Shown piece after piece: positions 9,558-16,861 of a DNA stretch of 64,000 bases. Each line of letters starts with the position of its first letter. The first letter of the stretch is position 1. The notes under the pieces were generated by a model. The model saw only the letters and a list, made by a program, of their open reading frames with translations, was not told where the DNA came from and did not search any database. The position numbers and the translations under genes are program-made. The DNA is from Candidatus Multivoradales bacterium (GTDB taxonomy: Bacteria; Acidobacteriota; Thermoanaerobaculia; Multivoradales; JAHEKO01), in the NCBI GenBank assembly GCA_965248055.1, contig CBDFIJ010000004.1, forward strand, positions 672,001 to 736,000, read 5' to 3'.

Positions 9558-11306
9558 TTAGCTATGCGGTTCATCAAATAGCGGCGCAACCGAAGCCCCA
9601 GGGAGAGTTAACTGGCCAAATCTCTCTTTCGCGATCTTGGGTGCTATCTTGAATGTTGTGTCATAAGACTGCGAAGGCCTATCTAAACTTGCCCCATGCA
9701 GCATTTCTTCAACTGTGACGAGCTGTATTCGCGAATGCGAACTGCCTAGAGGCGATTCGTAAAACCCTGCAGATGCCGCCTCCGTCCGCATAGGTTTAGT
9801 TGGATTTCGGAGCGATAGCAACACCCCTATGGCAGCGCCTTCACGCTCGATCACACCGCGTAAGTCTCTGACGTGCGCCACGCTCGTCTTACCACCCTTA
9901 ACTGAGAAGATGATCTGTTTCGTATCTCCGCTGGTGTCGTCGTGGAAATAGAGTCGCCCGTCGATTCCCTTGTCAGCGCCCTTCGCGCCAGAATCTGCCT
10001 TTCGAGCGTCAGCTAGACCAAGCGCCCAAGCCTGAAATTGGAACGGATCGTCCTTGGCCAGCTGTCTGGCACCGTCAACTGCGGTTGGCTCACCCACCAC
10101 TGGCCTGTGCCAGTCAACCTCCTCGCCAAAATGGCCTCGCAAACGACTCTTGATTTGGTTGATTGCCAGGTGGGTTACATCGATCCCGATCCAAGTACGG
10201 CCCAACGCCTGGGAAGATGCCAATGCTGTTCCACATCCACAAAACGGGTCAAGAACCACATCGCCTTTGTTGCTACTTGCTGCGATTATGCGTTCCAGCA
10301 ACTTCAGCGGTTTCTGCGTCGGGTAGCCCAGCCGTTCAGCTTTTCCCGGAGGCCCAATGTCAGTCCAAACGTCCTGAAGCGGAACACCTGACATCTCGTC
10401 CAGATATCGTTTGTAGCGAGGCATGCCGCTCTTTGCGTGATACAGGCGGCGATCATGGACAAACGACTCCATATTGGATTTTGAATACGCCCAGTATCGC
10501 CCTTTGTACGGTGGTACACCATTGTATTCCCACCCAGGCTTCGGGTTCTTCCAGTCCCCATCCAGATCAGGGGCCCATCCCCCCCCCTCACGCTTCTTCA
10601 CGCGCCACAAATACTCTGTGTCGCCTCCAGGCTTTGCGGCAGTCAAATTATCGAGTTGATATCTCCTACCGGTGCCAAGTTCCTTGTGTGCGTACGAAGA
10701 CTTGATGTACTCCTCATTATAGGGAGTAAAAACCGGGTTCCAGGTCCATACTTGAGATTTCGTGTAGAAGAGAATGATGTCGTGGATATGGCCATGTCGT
10801 TTCCGTCCCTGTTTTGTATCGCTGTGTGCAGACGTACGCTTCCACACAAGTTCAGATTTGAATCTTTTTGCCCCAAAAACAGCATCGAGCAAGATCTTCA
10901 AGTAGTGGCTCGCCGTTGGATCGCAATGCAGATACATGGAACCTATTGGTTTGAGAACCCGGTGAAGCTCAACCAGCCTGGGGGCCATCATTGCTAGATA
11001 GGCAAGCATGTCAGACTCCCCTACGAGGCCGCGAAATGCTTGCAGCGCTCGGGAAACAGGACCACCGCTCTCTACAGTCTCGTGGTACGCACGTGCGGCG
11101 CCTTCGTCCCAGCGCCAAGTATCGTCAAACGCTTCAATTTGGGCTTCAGAACGTGTTCCATCCTGCTGCTTAAACAGTACGTTGTAGCTCTTGTTGGAGT
11201 TAAAAGGCGGGTCAAGGTACACCAGATCGACCGACTCGTCTTGGACATAACGACGCAGGATGTCTAGATTGTCACCGTAGAACAATTGGTTTCCGTTTTC
11301 AGCCAT
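9558..11306 (-). CDS. N6A/N4C DNA methyltransferase (beta-class motif order) with C-terminal Mrr-like restriction-endonuclease-type domain
   Basis: LDPPFNS precedes YPTQKP...VLDPFCGCGT; C-terminal PFQFQAWA...ADKGIDG...IIFSVKGG...AAIGV. Start at ATG 11306 or GTG 11333. Confidence 0.88.
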   Translation of the reverse strand: MAENGNQLFYGDNLDILRRYVQDESVDLVYLDPPFNSNKSYNVLFKQQDGTRSEAQIEAFDDTWRWDEGAARAYHETVESGGPVSRALQAFRGLVGESDMLAYLAMMAPRLVELHRVLKPIGSMYLHCDPTASHYLKILLDAVFGAKRFKSELVWKRTSAHSDTKQGRKRHGHIHDIILFYTKSQVWTWNPVFTPYNEEYIKSSYAHKELGTGRRYQLDNLTAAKPGGDTEYLWRVKKREGGGWAPDLDGDWKNPKPGWEYNGVPPYKGRYWAYSKSNMESFVHDRRLYHAKSGMPRYKRYLDEMSGVPLQDVWTDIGPPGKAERLGYPTQKPLKLLERIIAASSNKGDVVLDPFCGCGTALASSQALGRTWIGIDVTHLAINQIKSRLRGHFGEEVDWHRPVVGEPTAVDGARQLAKDDPFQFQAWALGLADARKADSGAKGADKGIDGRLYFHDDTSGDTKQIIFSVKGGKTSVAHVRDLRGVIEREGAAIGVLLSLRNPTKPMRTEAASAGFYESPLGSSHSRIQLVTVEEMLHGASLDRPSQSYDTTFKIAPKIAKERFGQLTLPGASVAPLFDEPHS

Positions 11307-11594
11307 GCCACGAAGGCTATCAGTTCGCTTCACGTGCCAATATATCCAACTGGCTTATGCGATTTCAATGTTGGAATCTTGAATCGACACCCTCAGAAAC
11401 ATGAGAGTGAACCATGCACCGGTCCAAAGACGGACCCAAGAGAGTGCGAATAGAAGCTCGTCCTGAGGTTAGATCCGAATCTAAAGAACGCATGACCGAT
11501 GGAAAGAAAACCCTTGACTGGACCGCCCGACTCATAGAAGCCGAATATTCGTAAGTGCTTGACCGCTACGCCACGATGGTGGGATGTTCCTTTG

Positions 11595-11897
11595 ATGCGT
11601 TTACGGCAACTTCGGCTGCGGAAGAGCTCAACAGGATTACTAGCGGTGATCATTTACGTGGCGATCACAGCTCTTCCTCTGCTGACGGGATCATCGCTGC
11701 ACGGGTTGGCTTCCATCGTCTTTCTTCTGACGCCTTGGATCTGGTTGATCCCGAGCGGTGGGTACCTTGCTTTGGGGACACATAGCTTCTGGATTATCTG
11801 CATCGGCGCCGCCTCGTTAAACGCGACCATCGTTTACTTGATGTTCGGTGGGCTGAGGGAGCGCGAAACTGGAGTTGGCCCCTTCTACCTTAGATAG
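11595..11897 (+). CDS. Small multi-pass membrane protein (cassette-like)
   Basis: 100 aa with about 3 hydrophobic segments; start uncertain. Confidence 0.5.
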   Translation: MRLRQLRLRKSSTGLLAVIIYVAITALPLLTGSSLHGLASIVFLLTPWIWLIPSGGYLALGTHSFWIICIGAASLNATIVYLMFGGLRERETGVGPFYLR

Positions 11898-11967
11898 GTA
11901 GATTAAGAACAGGCGGCGACCCTGGGTCTGGCCGGATCCCCGAGATGGGAAACCTTGGACCAAGCTA

Positions 11968-12469
11968 GCTCAGCGATCTCCCATCAACACATCACCCAGG
12001 CCACCAAGAATCGACCCCTCTCCTTTGTGTTTGCCTCCACCCTGTGGGGCTGCAGCGAAGATGCGGCTTGCCAGGCGGCTGAACGGTAGCGACTGGACCC
12101 AGATCTTGCCGGGGCCGGTGAGGGCGGCAAAGAACAGCCCTTCTCCGCCGAATAACGCGGTCTTGATTCCCGGCACCATTTGGATGTCGTAGGCGACGGT
12201 GGACTCCAGTGCCACCAAGCACCCGGTATCTAGCCGCAAGGTCTCTCCGACGGCCAAGTCGCGTTCCAAGATGGTGCCACCGGCGTGGACGAAGGCCATT
12301 CCGTCCCCTTCCAGCTTCTGCAGGATGAAGCCTTCACCGCCAAAGAAACCGGCGCCCAGTCTGCGGTTGAAAGCGATGCCCACCGAAACACCCTTGGCGG
12401 CACACAGGAATGCGTCCTTCTGGCAGATCAATTGGCCGTTGTGCGAGGGCAGATCGATGGGAATGATGC
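11968..12469 (-). repeat. 502-bp diverged direct copy of the 3' half of the AIM24 gene (partner 14751..15252)
   Basis: Gapless alignment at offset 2783; about 46 mismatches by hand count; only 2 amino-acid changes. Confidence 0.97.
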
Positions 12470-12710
12470 TACAGGTGCCAGCCGAATATCCGGTTCGCTG
12501 GCAGTACAGCTTCGTCAATGTAGTCGAGACCCACAGCCGATGCTGAGGGTCGATTGAGATCTCCTGGATTCTCCCCTCGACCACAATCTCTGGGCGAAGA
12601 TCCGCCTGACTTTCCTGAGCCTCGACTTTCAAGCAACCGAACAGTGGAATTAGCAATGAAAGGGCCCATCTTCCTGCCAGGTTGCCTGATCGTCTTCCTA
12701 GGTTTCCCAT
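11970..12710 (-). CDS. Chimeric ORF: exported-protein N-terminus fused to the AIM24 C-terminal half
   Basis: GGAGGGGAG SD; signal-like [10 protein letters not shown]...AQ; the junction GYSAGTCS is encoded by the repeated motif, then IIPIDLP... nearly identical to 14753..15769. Confidence 0.6.
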   Translation of the reverse strand: MGNLGRRSGNLAGRWALSLLIPLFGCLKVEAQESQADLRPEIVVEGRIQEISIDPQHRLWVSTTLTKLYCQRTGYSAGTCSIIPIDLPSHNGQLICQKDAFLCAAKGVSVGIAFNRRLGAGFFGGEGFILQKLEGDGMAFVHAGGTILERDLAVGETLRLDTGCLVALESTVAYDIQMVPGIKTALFGGEGLFFAALTGPGKIWVQSLPFSRLASRIFAAAPQGGGKHKGEGSILGGLGDVLMGDR

Positions 12711-12895
12711 ACTCCCCTCCTGTGACCTGATCTGGGCGGATTAGTTCCGAATCTTCCTAATAGCCGCTCTTGCATGATCATCAATCTGTCATGAGTACCA
12801 GCTGAATATCCGGATCGGTTTGCGCTGGAGATTCCGGCCCAAGCGGTGGCAGAAACTAAGGAAATATTCCTAGAAAAACTAATTAGGCACTTCCT

Positions 12896-13084
12896 CTACT
12901 CAAACAGGCTCACAGCGGCGAACCAAGCAGCAGCAGCTCCAATCGCGACGATCATTCCATACGACAAAAAGGAAACCAATGCAGCGAGCGTCACCACAAC
13001 GGCGGCCATGATCACAATCCCTCGCCTGCCATATCGATGGCCAACAAGGGCCACGGCAAGAACTCCAACTGTTACAGGTGCCAG
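12896..13084 (-). pseudogene. 5'-truncated fragment of a membrane-protein gene
   Basis: Reads ...VTVGVLAVALVGHRYGRRGIVIMAAVVVTLAALVSFLSYGMIVAIGAAAAWFAAVSLFE-stop; begins at the motif with no start codon at its 5' end. Confidence 0.55.
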
Positions 13085-13294
13085 ATCAACCGTGTTACAG
13101 GTGCCAGCCGAATATCCGTGGATCTATCCTAGTGCGGAAGACGAGGAATCTTTCCACGGCCATGGCTGATACCGTTGGACTTATGAGGAAGCTCCATAGT
13201 CCTAATAGGTGCTAGCCGAATGTTCGGCTGGGACTAGTAATTCGGACTGCCAATTTGTGGGATGGGGTGTGTTGAGATTTTTGGAGGCCGGACA

Positions 13295-13690
13295 ATGCGC
13301 GATGAACAAGAGATACGAGATCTATTCAACAATTGGATAACATCAACAACCGAAGGAAATTTGGAATTAGCTCGTCAATGCATTGCCGATGACGCCGTGT
13401 TTCTTGTTCCCGGTGTTGGCGAGATGAATAAGGAAACGTTTGCTCAGGCTGCTGCGGGAGAATCACCTGAAGAATCCTCGATTGATTTTGCTCTCGATAG
13501 CAAGCTTCGTGAACTAAAGGTGTTTGGTGATCAAGCCTATCTTTGGATTGAATCGACCCTTGTATGTACTCCTAAGAATGGGGATCCGGCCACACGAATG
13601 GCGGGGCACTCCCTTTCGATATTAGAAAAGCGTGATGGCCGCTGGCAAATAATTCGAGACGCAAATACGATGACGGCGGTCCCGGAATAG
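13295..13690 (+). CDS. SnoaL/NTF2-like (SgcJ/EcaC, DUF4440-type) protein
   Basis: GGAGG SD; DEQEIRDL...W...ADDAVFLVPG...G..LSILEKRDGRWQIIRDAN pattern. Confidence 0.85.
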   Translation: MRDEQEIRDLFNNWITSTTEGNLELARQCIADDAVFLVPGVGEMNKETFAQAAAGESPEESSIDFALDSKLRELKVFGDQAYLWIESTLVCTPKNGDPATRMAGHSLSILEKRDGRWQIIRDANTMTAVPE

Positions 13691-13806
13691 GTATTTCTGA
13701 ATGTGCAACGTAACAAATCGCTCTGTTTATAGTTGCTGCCGCTGCTCAGGTACCAGGCGAATACTCGGCCTGCACACAAAACTCCGCTCGCTTTCTCCAC
13801 CCGCGA

Positions 13807-14637
13807 GTGACACCCGGTAGGAAGAAAACCTCAGTGCGAGTAATCCCTTATCCCATAGAGCGAGACCCGACCAAGAACTGGGCTCTTGGACCGGTGGCGA
13901 GCTGCGTTTCATTCATGGCTACCGAGATCGCGATGGCTGGTGTGATTATTCGGAGCCTGGAGCTGATGCCGTTGATGCCTCCCTTGATGACCCTTGCTGC
14001 TCAGGTGGTTGCGCTAAAGAAAGGACCTGAAGATCTAGAGCCGTTTGAGCGTTTTCTTTCCGAAGATATGGGGTTTTCGGGTATGTCGGAAGAGCTGGTT
14101 CGTGACGATTTCGCTCTGCCAAACTCTCACACCTTAGTAGCGCTGTGGAGTGCCATTGAGACCTGCCTTGAGGACACGATCGTCCTTACTTTGATGAACG
14201 ATGAGCGCGCTGCGACTTCCATCAGCGCAGAGGTTTCTATACCCAGCTATGACGAGGGACTACTTGACGAGCGTCAGGCGAGAGCTACGTTTCGTCGCCT
14301 TGAGAGCAAGGCCCGGCAAAGTCATGGGGTCATGGAGTCCGCCGACTGGATGCTAGGACTTATTGAAATGGCCCGAGAGCCAAGTTCAGACGCCTCGGAG
14401 GTGATGAGTGAGGTGAACGCACTACGAAACTCAATCATGCACAACGGTGGAGTATTGGACCAACGATCACTGAAGGCGGCACCAAGTCTGCGTTTCGTCG
14501 TTGGTGAGGAGATCAAAATCAAACGAGACGAGTTACGCTCCTACAACGACTCACTCAGTACTTTTGTTCAGGAACTGCTTTCTGGAGTGCTCGCGAGCCG
14601 CTATATGAGATCGAAGGAAGAACTTCAGCAATCTTGA
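13807..14637 (+). CDS. Hypothetical protein with HEPN-like RxxxxH motif
   Basis: Helical; LVALWSAIETCLED near the middle and LRNSIMHNGG near the C-terminus; start uncertain. Confidence 0.6.
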   Translation: MTPGRKKTSVRVIPYPIERDPTKNWALGPVASCVSFMATEIAMAGVIIRSLELMPLMPPLMTLAAQVVALKKGPEDLEPFERFLSEDMGFSGMSEELVRDDFALPNSHTLVALWSAIETCLEDTIVLTLMNDERAATSISAEVSIPSYDEGLLDERQARATFRRLESKARQSHGVMESADWMLGLIEMAREPSSDASEVMSEVNALRNSIMHNGGVLDQRSLKAAPSLRFVVGEEIKIKRDELRSYNDSLSTFVQELLSGVLASRYMRSKEELQQS

Positions 14638-14752
14638 AGCTCAGAGAACGCCCTTTTGTAGGTGCCAGTCGAGTATGCGGCCCTAGGTGCTGCCGCTGCT
14701 CAGGCCAGGCGAATATTCGCACAATAGTTCGAACGACACCTCCAAAGACTGC

Positions 14753-15769
14753 TCAGCGATCCCCCATCAAGACATCCCCCAGGCCACCAAGAATCGACCC
14801 TTCTCCTTTGTGTTTACCTCCACCCTGTGGGGCTGCGGCGAAGATGCGGCTTGCCAGGCGGCTGAACGGTAGCGACTGGACCCAGACCTTGCCGGGTCCG
14901 GTAAGCGCGGCAAAGAACAGTCCTTCTCCGCCAAACAGCGCGGTCTTGATCCCGGGCACCATTTGGATGTCGTAGGCGACGGTGGACTCTAATGCCACCA
15001 AGCAACCGGTATCTAGCCGCAGGGTTTCCCCAGCAGCCAGGTCGCGTTCCAAGATGGTGCCGCCAGCGTGGACGAAGGCCATTCCATCTCCTTCCAGTTT
15101 CTGCAGGATGAAGCCTTCTCCACCAAAGAAACCGGCGCCCAAGCGTCGATTGAAGGCGATGCCCACCGAAACTCCCTTGGCGGCGCACAGAAAGGCATCC
15201 TTCTGGCAGATCAGTTGGCCGTTGTGCGAGGGCAAATCGATGGGAATGATGCGCCCTGGATAGGGTGCGGCAAAAGCGACCTTCTGCTGCGTTTGATGGG
15301 TGTTGCCGAAAACCGTCATGAACAAGCTCTCCCCGGTGATCACGCGTTTCCCGGCGCTGAGGACCTTGTCCAGGAATCCGCCTTCTTGATCCTTGTGCGA
15401 ACCGTCGCCGAAGATGGTCTCCATCTCTATCCCAGGGTCCATGTACATGAACGACCCGGCCTCAGCAATGCAGGACTCCCGGTGATCGAGGGTCACTTCC
15501 ACGAACTGCATCTCCTCGCCAAAGATTTGGTAGTCGATCTCGTCTGCGGAGCGATTCACAGGCACCGGGGGTGGCGCCTGCTCGGAAAATGCTTGGGCAA
15601 AGTCCTCGTGGTCGCCAGCCACCACCCAGTTGTCCATCCCCTTGCGAAAGATGTAGGCGTTGCGGGGCAGGGCGCCACTATGAATCCTCTCCTCGACCTG
15701 GGCGATCTCCATCGGCCCTTCTTGTTTGCCATTGACTGCGGTAAACCAAACTGCTTGTGAATCACTCAT
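14753..15769 (-). CDS. GYF_2-domain plus AIM24 (TIGR00266-family) protein
   Basis: N-terminal WF..NGKQEGP...[10 protein letters not shown]; then [16 protein letters not shown]...AEAG...GESLF...[13 protein letters not shown]...QSLPFSRLA. Confidence 0.9.
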   Translation of the reverse strand: MSDSQAVWFTAVNGKQEGPMEIAQVEERIHSGALPRNAYIFRKGMDNWVVAGDHEDFAQAFSEQAPPPVPVNRSADEIDYQIFGEEMQFVEVTLDHRESCIAEAGSFMYMDPGIEMETIFGDGSHKDQEGGFLDKVLSAGKRVITGESLFMTVFGNTHQTQQKVAFAAPYPGRIIPIDLPSHNGQLICQKDAFLCAAKGVSVGIAFNRRLGAGFFGGEGFILQKLEGDGMAFVHAGGTILERDLAAGETLRLDTGCLVALESTVAYDIQMVPGIKTALFGGEGLFFAALTGPGKVWVQSLPFSRLASRIFAAAPQGGGKHKGEGSILGGLGDVLMGDR

Positions 15770-15802
15770 CTAGCTGTCCTTTTGTTGTTGAAATTGATGC
15801 TG

Positions 15803-16852
15803 CTAATACGCGTTGTTGTGAGACTCGCCGTTTCCGGAACCGTTGCTTTCGGAGCCACCGCTTTGAGAGGCACTGCTTTCGGAACCACTGAAGCGCACTT
15901 CAAACATCTTCGGCCAGTACTTACCGGTGAGAAAAAACGTGCCTCTCTGCGGATGATATGCGATGCCATTGAGGACCTCGGCTCGCCCAGGATTGGGCTG
16001 CAGCCGAGGGCGCAAGGCCGAAGAGTCAATGTGTGCCACCACCTTGCCGACACTGGGATCGATCACCAGGATTTCATCCACGGTGTAGAGGTTGGCATAG
16101 ATCAGTCCGTCGACGCATTCCAACTCGTTGAGCAGACGCACCGGAAAGCCTGGGTCAGGCACCGACATCGACCCTTGGTAGCTGAACTCCTCGACGCTGA
16201 AGGTCTGCAAGATTCGGGTGCCGTTGCTCATCCAAAGGCGCTGCCCGTCGCTGCACAGTCCCCACCCTTCACCGCGGTAACTCATGGTTGCCGTATTCTC
16301 CAACTCTAGATTCCAGTGCAACGCCCGTCCCGCTAGATAGGTGAGCTGCCAAAAGCCTCCCGGAACGGCTGCCAGCCCCTCGCCAAATAAACTCGACGAA
16401 AGCTCGTTCTGCTCCAGTACTTCGCCGGTTTGAAAATTGGTGCGACGCAGGGTCGAGGCTCCGCGTAGGCCGGTGCTTTCCCACAGATCGTCGCCGACAA
16501 ACACCAGTCCCTGGGTATACGCCAAGGGGTCATGGGGATACTCGGCAAGGATTTCGAGGCTCCACTCTTCGACCGGCGTTGGATCTACTGCCGCCTGATC
16601 TATGAGACCTGCATTTACTGCCTCTGGATTATCCTCAGCGAGCTGCTCAACCGGCTCCACTGCAGTCGCAGCAGATCCCATTGATTGTTCAACAGACGGC
16701 GATTGTTGTGGGGTGCTTTGCGCTCGGCAAGCGCCGATAGTCAAGACCGCTAGAGCCAGGATTGCCAGCGCCAGTAGCGAGCAGATCAAGACCAATCTCG
16801 AATGGACACCAGCCCACGGTGCGCAGCGTGAGGTCTTTGACAACGGAGGCAT
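15803..16852 (-). CDS. Glutaminyl-peptide cyclotransferase
   Basis: YPHDPLAYTQGL, ESTGLRG, FGEGLA, GEGWGL, LNELE, VLNGIAY, TGKYWP. Confidence 0.93.
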   Translation of the reverse strand: MPPLSKTSRCAPWAGVHSRLVLICSLLALAILALAVLTIGACRAQSTPQQSPSVEQSMGSAATAVEPVEQLAEDNPEAVNAGLIDQAAVDPTPVEEWSLEILAEYPHDPLAYTQGLVFVGDDLWESTGLRGASTLRRTNFQTGEVLEQNELSSSLFGEGLAAVPGGFWQLTYLAGRALHWNLELENTATMSYRGEGWGLCSDGQRLWMSNGTRILQTFSVEEFSYQGSMSVPDPGFPVRLLNELECVDGLIYANLYTVDEILVIDPSVGKVVAHIDSSALRPRLQPNPGRAEVLNGIAYHPQRGTFFLTGKYWPKMFEVRFSGSESSASQSGGSESNGSGNGESHNNAY

Positions 16853-16861
16853 CGCTGCGAT

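Larger units (their letters stand above)
12470..14719 (+). repeat. Dispersed degenerate palindromic motif AGGTGCCAGCCGAATAT(C/T)CGG, at least 7 direct copies
   Basis: Copies at 12473, 12793, 13076 (half), 13099, 13207, 13748, 14660 and 14702; partial core at 11539. 12470..12492 equals 13096..13118 (23/23). Confidence 0.9.

Noticed and set aside
11945-12710. 14/15 inverted repeat ATGGGAAACCT(T/A)GGA bracketing the chimeric ORF
   Set aside because: No target duplication or transposase; a match this short can arise by chance.
12470-14719. CRISPR array interpretation of the repeated motif
   Set aside because: Spacing is irregular (about 20-900 bp), intervals contain genes, copies are degenerate, and no cas genes are present.
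12470-14719. Classical integron attC sites or canonical dif sites
   Set aside because: No consistent RYYYAAC...GTTRRRY ends, cassette genes lie in both orientations, there is no intI, and no TTATGTTAAAT-like XerD arm is present.
12470-14719. Motif as a conserved peptide junction (VPAEYP or RIFGWHL), as in polymorphic-toxin cassettes
   Set aside because: Several copies have adjacent in-frame stops or indels and most are intergenic; DNA-level dyad symmetry explains it better.
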